NCBI RefSeq assembly: GCF_021028975.2
Contig: NC_059435.1
Location: 41,912,001-41,976,000, forward strand
Reading direction: 5' to 3'
DNA from: Sphaerodactylus townsendi
Lineage: Eukaryota
Length of the DNA: 64,000 nt
Below are positions 12,192-23,959 of the stretch, one piece after another (the stretch's first letter is position 1; every line of letters begins with the position of its first letter). Both the position numbers and the translations under genes were made by a program. The notes beneath the pieces are model-generated. The model was not told where the DNA came from, ran no database searches, and saw only the letters and a list, made by a program, of their open reading frames with translations.

Positions 12192-13065
12192 TCAGATTAT
12201 ATGAATTCACTGAGCCTTTTATACCTCCACAAAGCAAAACGCTAACTACTGCTCAAGTATTGCTTCATGAAGTTTCTTTTAAAAAGCTTTTAAGCTGCCT
12301 TCTTCTCTCTTAGCAACTTGTTAATAAACAGATTCTAGTAATGCTCTACAAGGTGAGATTTATGTGCACTTAAGGTTACTAATTACCAGAAGAAACAGAT
12401 CTGTCCCATTAATAGTTTAATGAGATGTGATTTGCTGAATTATGTCATTAAAAGCTTTGGCTGCCCATTTCCACACATTATGCATATGTATTTTGTTTTC
12501 CATGGCATGAATTTTCACAGGGTTTCAGCCTTACAAAGTTGTGCTTTTCTGCAGAACTATAGATTGCTGACATTGTTCAAATATTTATTGAAATGTCTGT
12601 GTCCACAGCAGATGATTTAAAGCTGTGTTTACAAAGCTGTTGGCAGCATATTGTTAGCATATAGACTGTAGAGTTAGGTTCCTTTCAGTCACATGTTTTA
12701 TTGTGGTATAAATCAATTATTCCTAGGGATGCCAATTTTCCCCAAGAGCACTTGCGTTATGAGAATATTATATTTTTGTGAGACTGTAAAATTTTAATTG
12801 TTTTACTTACATAAAGACTGAGTAGTTTCTGTGGACTTTTTCAGCAACACAGCATGTTTGTGGCCTAGGGATGCCAACTTCCTGGGGGGAAATATCCTGT
12901 CTTTCTAATACAAGTTTATATCTCAGGTGATATTGATTTCCAAGGCAAAAAAAATTTCAGCTGCCCATTTACACACATTAAGCCGCTATTAAAGAGGCAG
13001 AACATTTTTCTCCAGGCTTGTTGGCAGCTCTATATGCATGCACATCAGCTGCTTTCTTCCTCCAC

Positions 13066-13213
13066 CAGGGGTCTGCAACCTGCGGCTCTCCAGATGTTCA
13101 TAGACTACAAATCCCATCAGCCCCTGCCAGCATGGCTAATTGGCCATGCTGGGAGGGGATGATGGGATTTGTAGTCCATGAACATCTGGAGAGCCGCAGG
13201 TTGCAGACCCATG
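13066..13213. mobile_element. Palindromic hAT-like MITE (family B)
   Basis: CAGGGGTCTGCAACCTGCGGCTCTCCAGATGTTC ... GAACATCTGGAGAGCCGCAGGTTGCAGACCCATG, an almost complete fold-back. Confidence 0.8.
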
Positions 13214-13487
13214 CTCCAGACAGTGCATTGATAGATGGGCGTTGTGTGCACATAAATGTTTTTGTGACTGAAAAAACTACTCCCAAGTAAATCTCACTGT
13301 ACTTTTTGTCAGCCATTTTGTGACTGCACTCTCTTCTTGTTCTCAAAGTTCCAGAAATGCCATACGCTTAACAAGATTGAGGACTCCTGCTGTATTTAAT
13401 AAACACAGAGTGATCACAGAAACCAGCTTCCTATCTATCACTTCAACTTCTGGTTTGGCTGAATATGACAAAATACATTGTTACTAT

Positions 13488-14006
13488 GGCCGTTTCTGCA
13501 CGGCCCATTTATGACGGCCTGGGGGCGCCAAAAAAGGCGCCCCCAGGCCGCCGTTCGCACAGGCGCGGCGACCTGACTCTTCTTCCCTCCCCCCAGGGCG
13601 GCGTCAAGCCGCCCTAAACAACAACCCTTTAAAGGGTTGTTGTTGGGGAGGGAGTGTCTTCCCTGCGGGCGCTGGGTGCGCGTAACCGCTGGAAGACGCT
13701 GGTTCCCGTCTCCGCCTTCATTGTTGCCGTGCTGCGGGCGTCAGAAGCTCCCCACTCCACATTCACCGTCCTCCCACCTCCAGGGGTCGGAGGGCAGCGT
13801 GGGCAGGGCTGCGACGCCCCGCAGGCGACGAGGAGGACACCGTGAGTGGGGCGGGGGAGGGCGCAGAGGCGGCTCCGTGCGGAGCCGCCTGCCGTCTGCC
13901 GGCCTCCCCTTCGCTTCGCTTGCACGCTTTGCGTGCGAGCAGGTTCGCTCAAGCACGCCAGCAGAACTCCCGCCAGCGCATACTTCCCGGTCAGTAAGAA
14001 ACGGCC
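13488..14006. mobile_element. GC/CpG-rich non-autonomous PIF/Harbinger-like transposon (519 bp)
   Basis: TIRs GGCCGTTTCT / AGAAACGGCC with 3-bp TSD TAT at 13485-13487 and 14007-14009. Contains internal hairpins. Confidence 0.75.
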
Positions 14007-14312
14007 TATACTGCTACTTCTAATATGACTTTAGTTAAATGAATGTAATTGAAATTAGCAGTTGGTTTTTGGATGTATTTGGCTGAGTGTGAACAAAGTT
14101 GTATGCATAAAGGATAATCTTAAAAGAATATACCAAATTAATTCACTAACATTTCACATTCGTTCCTGAGAACAGACAGTTCCATATACTACGCATTTCA
14201 TTTTATTTGCATTCAATTCAGCAGAATCATTACAGAAATACAAACATACTGTAACCATTAAGACAAACATATGAAATGTTGATTAAACAACATGATGAAT
14301 TCCTTGTTGTAC

Positions 14313-14378
14313 TTATTGCCATGGGTTCTTTGATTGCACTGCATTTTTCCCCCTCTTTGCAGCCTTCTCTTTTTTCAG
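14313..14378 (-). CDS. FAM221A: FAM221A last coding exon (exon 7)
   Basis: ttcttacag|CTG AAA AAA GAG AAG GCT GCA ... TGG CAA TAA. Encodes LKKEKAAKRGKNAVQSKNPWQ*. Confidence 0.85.
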   Translation of the reverse strand: MKKEKAAKRGKNAVQSKNPWQ

Positions 14379-15847
14379 CTGTAAGAATAAGAGGAAAATT
14401 TAGGAACTACAACATCAAATGTCATTTCAACAATGGGCACTCCACCTAGTCTACCTCACACAGTGATTGTGATAAGAAGACGGGGAAGGGAAACCATGTA
14501 AGCTGTCCTGGACAGAAGTTGAAATGAAAATGTCCTAGAGAAGGCCTAATAAAACCTTTTTTGTTGCCAAATCTCACTCTATTTGGCCCTCGCTGCAGCA
14601 GACACAGCACTCAAGCCAGTTTTCTTCTTTCTCAACATTCAATCAAGTGTCAATCTCCACTGGAGGTCCACTCTGAGCATCTTGCCTCCTTACTTGCTAT
14701 TGACCATTTGGCAGTCGAAGCATGAGCGAATATCAACACTATTCTGAAGAGGTATAAAGTGTAATATGAGGAAACACCTCCCCACCAGCAACAGAGATCA
14801 CTACTCCGTAATGGAAAGCTCTACATAGTGATTAGACCCTTTCCAGTGTTTCTCATTATTTGAACTTATTTAGGCAATCAATAAGGTCACTTTAAAATGA
14901 ATACAGGATTGCAACCTTGCAAAGAACAATTTGTATATATAGCAGTGAGCAGAAATGATTCAGAGGCACTGGCACTAGTTTTGTTCCTTTGCCTGACTGG
15001 GCTACAGCCTTACACAAACACTGCAATGAATTGCACAGAATGCTTCTATGAGGCTTCTGGGTGCAATGCCTCCTGGAAGTTCTACAAGAACAGAGCATGG
15101 AAAAGGACTTCGACAAGTTATCAGGAGGCTGATGTGCAAATGAGACAGTAGGGGCAAGAGAATTTTTTTTCTGCAAGCCACTCTCCAAGCAAGAGGAAAA
15201 AATGAGATGGCTCTAAACGTTTTATGTCTTCTTGTCAAATACATGAGTGGATTCATGATTCTACTCCTTTCAGTCACTGAACAGTTTAATCAACTAAAAC
15301 ATTTGTTGATTAAAAAGCCAGGCAAATTTTGATAGGTAGGGCTGAGACTGAGGGCAGTGCTGGTTAATTCTGAAGTCCTTTGTCCTATCATGTATTCATA
15401 TCAAGGAATGAAAATATTAACAACAGACCCACCTTTCAAAAGCCGCCAGCAGCATTTGCTTTTCAGTTTTATTAATGTCCAACTGATTAAGTAAAATTTA
15501 GTTGGTAGGCAGTTCTAAAGAAAGGTTCCTAACACGTTTTCTTTATCATCATTCACTGTTCTGTCTGGTAACAAATTATTTATTCTAGCCTATCAGTATA
15601 AGGTTTTTTTTGGTTTTCTTTTTACTGTATTGTTTTTGCTTTCTGTATCATAACACAGAATTAAATAATCTAAAGGAGCAAATCATTTCAAATATGTTCA
15701 AGAAAAAAATAACAATAAGAAGACATGATTTTTCAATCTAAATTGGAATTCAAAAGCCACTTCTTTTATGATAAACCATGACAAACTTGCAACCCCTTCC
15801 TTTCCACTGCTATATTTCATTCTGATATGCTATATTCTTTCTCACCA

Positions 15848-16030
15848 AAAGATGACAGAAGATTTGTGAATTAATCCACCATTTCCTGGGTCTTCTTTGT
15901 TCTAGAATGCTCTGCTTGGGTCTCAGTGCTTACCTAGTTCGGTCCTCAAGGCACTAGCACCCAAGCAGGGCATTCTAGAACAAAGAAGGTCCAGGAAATG
16001 GTGGATTAATTCACAAATCTTGTCACCTTT
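15848..16030. repeat. Long inverted repeat (fold-back, ~75-85 bp arms), probably a MITE
   Basis: aagatttgtgaattaatccaccatttcctgg...ttctagaatgc.ctgcttgggt pairs with acccaagcagggcattctagaa...ccaggaaatggtggattaattcacaaatctt. Confidence 0.85.
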
Positions 16031-16151
16031 CCATGAGAAAGAGTATAGCATAGTTTTTCTGGGTACATTTGACAAAGTGATCAAGAGGAGAAAAATGTCT
16101 GAAGATAGTAAACAACTGCTTATGTTTTAAATAATGTATGAAATCACATAC

Positions 16152-16240
16152 CCGTTCCTGATATTGCCTTTCAAAATAAGCCATGTCATCTTCTTCGGGT
16201 CTCTTTAAACTGGAAGCTTGCATTGCTGAACTAGCACCTC
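16152..16240 (-). CDS. FAM221A: FAM221A exon 6
   Basis: attaag|GA GGT GCT ... GAA CGG|gtatgt, 89 nt. Encodes GASSAMQASSLKRPEEDDMAYFERQYQER. Confidence 0.9.
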
Positions 16241-16542
16241 CTTAATAATTTAAAAAAAATCTGTTGCTGTTAAAGGTATTTTTAATTTTATTAGGTGGGG
16301 GGGTTCATTTTAATTAAATACTAAGCAAATTTTTTGGAAGAATATATGATTGAAAGCAAAGGGACTAATTTGCAAATAAATAGTGTGAGGATAGCTAGTC
16401 TTCCAATAGTATCTATAGCCAGCATGTTTGTAGGGTAAGATTAAAATATTGTTGCAATCTTAAAACTGGATGCTTGACACCAATGGGAATGCTTCTAAAT
16501 AAAGCTCTTGATTTGCCATTATTGTTCATTCCTAATATTTCA

Positions 16543-16725
16543 GCCCTGACCTGAATAGCCCCAGACTAGCCTGATCTCGTCAGATCTGAGAAGCTAAGCA
16601 GGGTTGTTCCGCTCTAGTTTTTGGATAGGAGAACTTCAAGGGATACCAGGGTCATGATACGGAGGCAGGCAAACTACCTCTGTTTCTTTCCTTGAAAACC
16701 TTGTGGTGTCAGTTGTGATTTAACA
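16543..16725 (+). mobile_element. 5S rRNA-derived SINE (5S-Sauria-like)
   Basis: 5S-like head cctgatctcgtcagatctgagaagctaagcagggtt...ttggataggaga followed by a Sauria-like tail gaggcaggcaa...cttgaaaacc. Confidence 0.7.
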
Positions 16726-17466
16726 GCAAAGCAAAAAACCTTCAGGCCAAAAACCTTACAAGCAAATTTTCAACTCACAACTCACAAGCCATGTCCTAGA
16801 CCTAGACAAACTGCAAGTGAAAAAAAATACACCCCTTGTTCCCTACGGAGTACAGTAGATTTTCTCACAAAACATCCTCCCCTTCTCAACTAATGTATTA
16901 GGAGCCAGCTATGTAGTAAACCCAGCAAGAGATTCATCAGTTCCAAAAGATCTCAAAATATCAAGGACTACATGATATGTATTGTTGAAGGCTGTCAATG
17001 GCTGGAATCAACTGGCTGTTTGGGGGTTTCTGGGCTATGAACTCTACCAAGACACATGCAAATGTGCCTCACTTCCCCTGTGAGGTGGACAAAACATTCC
17101 TGTATTTGTTACACATTAATTCCTGAATACTTTACGTTTTTAATGTGTATGTAAACGCTACTGCTCAGTACGGCACTTTAGCTGAGCATTCTAGTCTCCT
17201 ATAGTGCCCACAGTATATACCTGAGTAGTATTTTTATTAGTTCTGTTTAAGATTGCACACACACCCCGCCATTTCATAGATTGATTCACAGATAAACACA
17301 CTTCAAACATGTGTTGAGCTAAAATCTGGCCACATATCTGTCTTCAGCAGAAAGGCACCATTTCTTCTAAAACAAACTTTTTAAAAAGCCTAGAAATGCA
17401 GTATAGTATATTCAGTCAGGTCATACAATGACTACTTAAAACACATAAACACAGTAATCTCATTAC

Positions 17467-17580
17467 CATCTGTTATTTGGAAGTTTGTTTGCATGGAACT
17501 AGAAGGTCCTTGAAGTGCTCTTAAAAAAGGGTGGTCTGTGTTGGTAACGGGAGATTCTAACAACTGAGCTGAAGGTGACC
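17467..17580 (-). CDS. FAM221A: FAM221A exon 5
   Basis: tttaag|GG TCA CCT ... ACA GAT G|gtaatg, 114 nt. Encodes SPSAQLLESPVTNTDHPFLRALQGPSSSMQTNFQITD. Confidence 0.88.
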
Positions 17581-18933
17581 CTTAAAGGAAAAAATAAGAA
17601 AAAAGCACAAGCAGGTCACCACAACTGTAAAAAAGTTATAGTTAATGGAGAAAGGCAAGGCTAAAAATTTAAATACTGGCTGTTGAATAAGGTTATTAAG
17701 CAAGAGTGAAATCTGAAGAAATATAATAGTTTTATACAGTCTTAATGGCCTGATTTGAACATCAGTTACAAAATGGGGATTTCAGATACTGCTAATGTTT
17801 ACACCTATATTAAAAACAAATAGGTCTATTAAAGAGCCCTTAGGGGGTGGGCGGTATAATAAATTTAATAAATAAATAAATAATTTAAATAAAGGATACC
17901 GATGAAGAATAAAAATAGCCAAAAATATAAGCAGATAGATATGTCTTTCTATTTTAAAGTGAAGTTAGCAAAGAAATAGCTCAAGATGAGAAAACCTTGT
18001 GATTTAACTGAAATATGTTTATACACTAGATTTATATATATAATTGTATATAGGAAAGCTGAAGGAGATTTATTCTAAGTTTTATATTTTATTGCACTCT
18101 TATATAGAACAGAACAAGGCAACAAGTGAAGCAGGAGATTCAAAACCAAGGCTGAGCTGTTAAATGGCAACACAACTAAGGGTGCTAACTCTTGAGCAGG
18201 ACCTTACTCTTTAAGGTTAGGTGATGGCAACAGAGGTTTATCCAGAGAGAAGTGATTACACTGGAACAAGAGGAATCTAGCGAGGCAATGAATCATGAAG
18301 CCCACAGAACATCCTAGCGCCTATGTGAGCAGAAATGGGGCTTGCAAGATGATTTCCCCACAGATGTAATTTTAATATAACAACATTCAACTCCAAATCT
18401 TTGGATGATATCACCTACGTAGCTTCATGCAATGTTTAAAAATCACACTGAGAATGAGGCATTAGGGCTGAAGAAGAATCCCAATCTGGTGCTATCAGCA
18501 GAAACATTTATTTAGTTCATTTATGACTCACTGCAATAACCATCCCACCCACAGCCACCAAATGCAATATCCACTTTTTTCCTTTATAAATAAATATATA
18601 ATAGGTGCCATCTAGTATTTATTCCCTTAATTTTTCCCCATATGGGAGATGCCAACAGGAATATAAATTCAAAAAAACCCCAACCTTTATTTCCTCTTGG
18701 TAGTATGTATGAGCTTATAAAGCAAACTGGATGACCTACATGGCCCTAAGGAAAACAGGCTGGATTCTAATTTTTCTTCAAAGTAACATTATGATTTGTA
18801 ACTGATAGGTATCTTCATGGTTTCAAGAAAAATGTTTATAAAATAAAACAAAATCAAACTGAGACAACAAATACCTTGAGGACTTCACTCAACATAACTT
18901 CACTCTGACACTTTCTGACAGCTTTCTCTTATA

Positions 18934-19073
18934 GGCCCCTTCCGCACATGCAGAATAATGCACTTTCAACGCACTTTGAAGCTGGATTTTACTGTGTGGA
19001 ATAGCAAAATCCACTTTCAAACAGTTGTGAAAGTGGACTGAATGTGTATTATTCTGCATGTGCAGAAGGGGCC
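18934..19073. mobile_element. PIF/Harbinger-like MITE (family A)
   Basis: TIRs GGCCCCTTCCGCACATGCAGAATAAT / ATTATTCTGCATGTGCAGAAGGGGCC, flanked by ATA/ATA. Confidence 0.8.
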
Positions 19074-19209
19074 ATAGTTCTCTCAGACATTCTGTCTTTA
19101 TTTTATCTAACAGTTTGTTGAGGTTCTGACTTTCTCTGTATACACTCTGACACACTAACTAATTCTCTCACAGAGCTTTGACCCTCTGACTAGAGCTTTG
19201 ACACTCTAA

Positions 19210-19349
19210 GGCCCCTTCCGCATATGCAGAATAATGCACTTTCACTCCACTTTCACAATTGTTTGCAAGTGGATTTTGCTATTCCGCACAGTACAACCCA
19301 GCTGCAAAGTGAATTGAAAGTGCATTATTCTGCATGTGTGGAAGGGGCC
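19210..19349. mobile_element. PIF/Harbinger-like MITE (family A)
   Basis: Same TIRs, flanked by TAA/TGA. Internal orientation is opposite to the 18934 copy. Confidence 0.8.
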
Positions 19350-19422
19350 TGAGTCTTTTCACTCTGAAACCCTGTCACCTTCTGCTCTCTCTCTGACACC
19401 TTCTGCCAGTCCAACCCAGCCC

Positions 19423-19896
19423 TCCCACATGCACACTCTAGAATCAATCAATCATATCACTCTTTCATCCTCCTGCATGAAACAGCATGAAACATCTGAT
19501 AAGTAATGCAATAAGACTAGGCCTAAAGTTTTGAATCAATGCAAAAAAAGTATTAGGCATGATATGAGCCACCTAGAGACCTCTGTAGAAGATGGATTAA
19601 AAATATCCCACATGCACACTCTAGAATCAATCAATCATATCACTCTTTCATCCTCCTCTCACCCCCTTTCTCTCCAACTCAGCTCTCAGTTTAAAGTCAC
19701 ACACACACATTAAAATAATTACACCCCTCTCTCTCACTGAGACTCAAGGTGGATTACATGGTGTAAATCAGTCCAATCTAACAGCATGAAACATCTGATA
19801 AGTAATGCAATAAGACTAGGCCTAAAGTTTTGAATCAATGCAAAAAAAGTATTAGGCATGATATGAGCCACCTAGAGACCTCTGTAGAAGATGGAT
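19423..19896 (+). repeat. Complex local duplication A-B-A-C-B
   Basis: A = 19423-19474 and 19606-19657 (52 bp). B = 19481-19597 and 19780-19896 (117 bp). Copies look identical. Confidence 0.9.
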
Positions 19897-20143
19897 AAAA
19901 ATATTTATAAATAAATAAAATTGAATTACAAAAGTAGAAAATTAGTTACAGCAGTATGATACATACAAAAATAGATAATACATGCCACAATTCTGTATTA
20001 TGCAAAAATCATTTTGGGTTATCCCTGTGACATTTCTGAAAGTATATTAATATTTTGAAATCACGTGGAAGTAATCTGATAGATTTCTCCAAAATGCTTT
20101 GGATGCATCAGCAGTACAAAAAGCTCAGGTCCTCTGTTCTTAC

Positions 20144-20350
20144 CTATCCCACTGTCATCAAGTCTCATGTAGCCTTCTGCTAACGAACTAAAGCCAGTTA
20201 GTCCTCCCATTGCAGCAAAAGGGACATCTTTCCCCACAGGTTTTCCTTGGGCTAACCGCTCCTCTTTAGTTTCCACCACTGTTTCGTGAGTATATGCTGG
20301 CTGCCCACATCCACAAGTAAAGCCACTGTGAAAACCTGAACATTTGGAAC
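20144..20350 (-). CDS. FAM221A: FAM221A exon 4
   Basis: caactag|GT TCC AAA ... GGG ATA G|gtaaga, 207 nt. Encodes SKCSGFHSGFTCGCGQPAYTHETVVETKEERLAQGKPVGKDVPFAAMGGLTGFSSLAEGYMRLDDSGIG. Confidence 0.96.
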
Positions 20351-21033
20351 CTAGTTGGGGAAAAAAAAAATTTAACGGAGTCGAGTGGACTGACATCTTC
20401 AACTACCTTCCTTCTGAGAAACACTTCCATGATGTGGCAATCCTCCTATGACTGCTGTGAATGCAGAGGCATTTGCAGCAACAAAAGTATTGGAGTTTGG
20501 GGAATGGGGTAACTGCAGAACTGAGCCAAAGAAAATAGCACCAATGTGGATGGGATTTGCAAAAATGTGCACAACCTTGCTCATATAGTGATAAAAGATA
20601 CTCTGACAGCAATCCTTCCAAAAAGATTGCAAAGTAGGGGGGAAAACAGAAAGCAGGCAATCAGGGAGTGACACTGTGTGAATGCTTTCAAAAAGACCAC
20701 TCCAGTTCAGACATGAAACCAGAACAGTCACTATCTCTTTTGGACATACTTCATAAAGCCAGTACTCAAACTCTCAGTTTTGGGTGCAGAACAAATTTTT
20801 GGGTGTAGAACAAATTTTTGGGTGCAGAACATATAGAATTCTGCAAATAGACTGCATTTTAAAAATATATGCTGAAAATTGAACATGAGTTTTCTAGTTG
20901 CAAAATATTTTAATCAGAAATCATAAAACCCACATAAGTTCACACAATTACAATTATGAAAAATTACAATTTTGAAAAAAAAGGTTGCTACATTCTTAAT
21001 ACAATGCATGCTTATGTATCCAATCTCACTTAC

Positions 21034-21224
21034 ATGAGTTGCATGAAAAATCAGGGGCTGCACTATGTTGTTCAGCAAAATGTTTACATCTACAACGAAT
21101 GGGTTGAGTACCATTAAGAGGCACAAAGTGATAAGATCTGCATGGGCATCGGCTCACCCTACAAGGTACATAAATAGGACGTTCTTTTGGAATCACTTCA
21201 AAGTCTGTCTTATGTTGTTTATAC
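21034..21224 (-). CDS. FAM221A: FAM221A exon 3
   Basis: ctccag|G TAT AAA ... AAC TCA T|gtaagt, 191 nt. Encodes YKQHKTDFEVIPKERPIYVPCRVSRCPCRSYHFVPLNGTQPIRCRCKHFAEQHSAAPDFSCNS. Confidence 0.96.
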
Positions 21225-22296
21225 CTGGAGAAAGTTTGTAAAAAGGGGGGGAAAGTACACATATATGACTCAGTTATCACCTTTGGAAAATAATGTAATC
21301 AAAGAAATGGTGTTCAATATTTTACTAAGAAGCCTTATTATCCAGCTATTATTTGGGATTGTTCCTCCCAGAAACCTTCTTGTATACATGAGGATTGTAG
21401 AGAAAGGAATGATCTTCAGTATTGAGCTCCAATAATACTAGGAGTTCCTGCTGCTTCTAAATATCTCCAAAACCCAGTGCAGTTCCTCACACAAGTTCTT
21501 ACAAGTCCCACAAGAATTGACAGCCCAATCCATATGAGCAAGCGGGGGAGATAGATGAGTGATGGGCGGGCTTGGCACAGCCACGCCACCTCCAAAGAGG
21601 TTTGTGGCGATGCAATAATGCAATACCACATGGCCACACAGCTCCCCAATGCTAGCCTAAAGGCCCCTGCACTGGTGTAAATGTAATTTACACCGGCATG
21701 AGGTGGCATCTAAGCCGACACAGGGGCATGCCACCTCCACAGCCCTTTCGCACCTCCACCCTGCGATTGCACTGTCACAGAACTAAGTTTGTTTATAATA
21801 AATAATATTTTAAAAATTCAGAGACATATTAATTTTGTCTCCTGCGCTCAGCATGAAGCACAACTCCTTCCTCCTCCCTCTTCCATGCAACATATGAGAA
21901 GTTGGGGGGAGAGGAGTGGTTTTTTATCATGCAGATTAATCGGCAGTGCACATTTTAATGTCAGCTCCGATCACTCTTGATCCAAAAGCAGAGCCCTATT
22001 AAGATAGTTTCCAATATTATATTCCTGCAATAAACAAATATATAAAATACAAAAAGAGTCACAAACCTAAAGCCTCCATTATAATGGCAAGGGTCTACTT
22101 GAGAAATTTAATAAGAACTGCATGTTAGCCTGATACCTTCAGCATACTGAAAACTTTCATTTTATGTACTCTCAACTCTCCATTCAGACTCAAACATATA
22201 ACACTGCACTATTCCAGAAAAGAGGATTTGAATGGACATTCAGCATTTTTTTTTAAAAGGGACATGTGTACAGAATAGACACACTCAGATTCTCAC

Positions 22297-22470
22297 CTAT
22301 GAGTACAAAAACATGGAGTTTCTGGGCCCACAAGTTTACAGTCCATCCCAGTCGGTGATCTCCAGCTCACATATAATCTGTTTTGCAAACGTATTGGTAA
22401 CACCTTATTCTTATATTCTTCATATTCTTCAGGGGTGAAGAGTTTCCCTCCATCATCTTCACCTACGATT
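22297..22470 (-). CDS. FAM221A: FAM221A exon 2
   Basis: ttacag|A ATC GTA ... CAT AG|gtgaga, 174 nt. Encodes IVGEDDGGKLFTPEEYEEYKNKVLPIRLQNRLYVSWRSPTGMDCKLVGPETPCFCTHR. Confidence 0.96.
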
Positions 22471-22645
22471 CTGTAAACAAACATTCATTCCAGCAATACT
22501 TTGTTTTTAATAAACTCAAAGACATTTTAATAATGCAGAATAAAACACACATAAGGCTGTAATTCGCTGAGAAAGTGAAAAAAAATGAGCAATGTTTAAA
22601 ATCAGAAAAATATAGAGACTTCTTATTCTTCTTAGACTGGTCATA

Positions 22646-22877
22646 CCGTGTTTCCCCGAATATAAGACAGTGTCTTATATTAATTTTTGCTCCCAAAGAT
22701 GCGCTATGTCTTATTTTCAGGGGATGTCTTATATTTCTGTATTCTGTTCGTCAGGCATGCTTCCAAACAAAAACTTTGCTACGTCTTACTTTTGGGGGAT
22801 GCCTTATATTTCGCACTTCAGCAAAACCTCTACTATGTCTTATTTTCCGGGGATGTCTTATATTCGGGGAAACAGAG
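22646..22877. mobile_element. Tc1/mariner-type (Tc2/pogo-like) MITE
   Basis: TA|CCGTGTTTCCCCGAATATAAGACA ... TGTCTTATATTCGGGGAAACAGAG|TA, with three internal TATGTCTTATTTTC.GGGGATGTCTTATATT-like repeats. Confidence 0.8.
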
Positions 22878-23959
22878 TAGTAGGTCTATGATCTCAAGTT
22901 ATAAGGGGAAGTTATAAGCCTGTAATGGGAAGGACAGCATATAAATGTAATTATTATTATTATTAATATAAATTGTATGCAATATTCCCAAAATAGTTTA
23001 CTCTGAGGGTGTACCTGAGAACTCCACTCTAAAATCTACATTGTAAAAATATATACATTCAAGACTCACAGGTTTTCATTATGAAACTGACAACGCAATC
23101 CTAAATAAAGCTATGCCATTCTAAATTGATTTCAATACACTTAGAAGGATTTAAGTCTGTTTAAAAGTGAACTGATAATCGCATATTTTATAATCAATAA
23201 CTAAAATATGTAAACCACTTAATTCTGCACAAAAGTTATGACTTAATCTCTGTTCTGGTCCATGAAGATACTGTTTAGTTCACACCAACAGAAGTTAGTC
23301 CTAGAAAAAAAAGACATCATTTTGCCTGTTTGGCCGGTCACAATTTGTAAAGATGTCTAGGTGCCTGACTTTAAGAGGAGTTTGGACAAATCCATCAATA
23401 GCTGTCATCCACTGTGAGTAAATGGAATTTCCATTCTCAGAAGTAGTGTATCTCTGAATTCAAGTTGAGGGGGTAGCAGCAAAAAAGGGAAATTTAGGCC
23501 TTGCTGCTCTTTGTGGCCTTTCAGACAATCTGTCTGACTGCTTTGGGGAACAGGGCCGATCCAGCAGGGCTCCCGTATGTGCAATAGCAGCTTTCCACAC
23601 GATCTTTGCCTTTCCTGCAGGAAGGCAACCATCCCCGATGTATCTCGCCCTGAGATTTTCACTTTTTCTTGTCCCGTTGTTCTAAAGGGAGAGAACTCAC
23701 ATGTCCGCCTGGAGAACAGAAACAGACTCAGCCTTCCGTATCTCTGTATCTCCACCCCCAACATCCACATTTCCCATTAATGTATACGTTAAATGGCACG
23801 GAGACACCGCAACTGGCGGTGGGGGCAATCCTCCTGCGCCCTAACTCTCAGGCCCTCTTTCCAATCCCAAAGTGTTTAGGGGCAAGCTACAGAAGAGAGG
23901 GGAACAGTTTTGTACCATTATTGTCTCAGGCATGTAGGACTGGGTTCTGATTTTAGAAT

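Noticed and set aside
13629-14028. Overlapping Arg/Pro/Gly-rich ORFs suggesting a small gene
   Set aside because: Stop-poor GC-rich transposon interior bounded by TIRs and a TSD.
16560-16640. 5S rRNA gene
   Set aside because: Diverged, partial and fused to a SINE tail, so it is a 5S-derived SINE.
17036-17240. Intronic snoRNA in FAM221A intron 5
   Set aside because: No well-placed C/D or H/ACA boxes with supporting stems could be identified.
22575-22917. ORFs with repeated LCLIFRGCLIF, or a CRISPR-like repeat array
   Set aside because: Internal repeats of a TA-flanked MITE; vertebrate context, no cas genes and no regular spacers.
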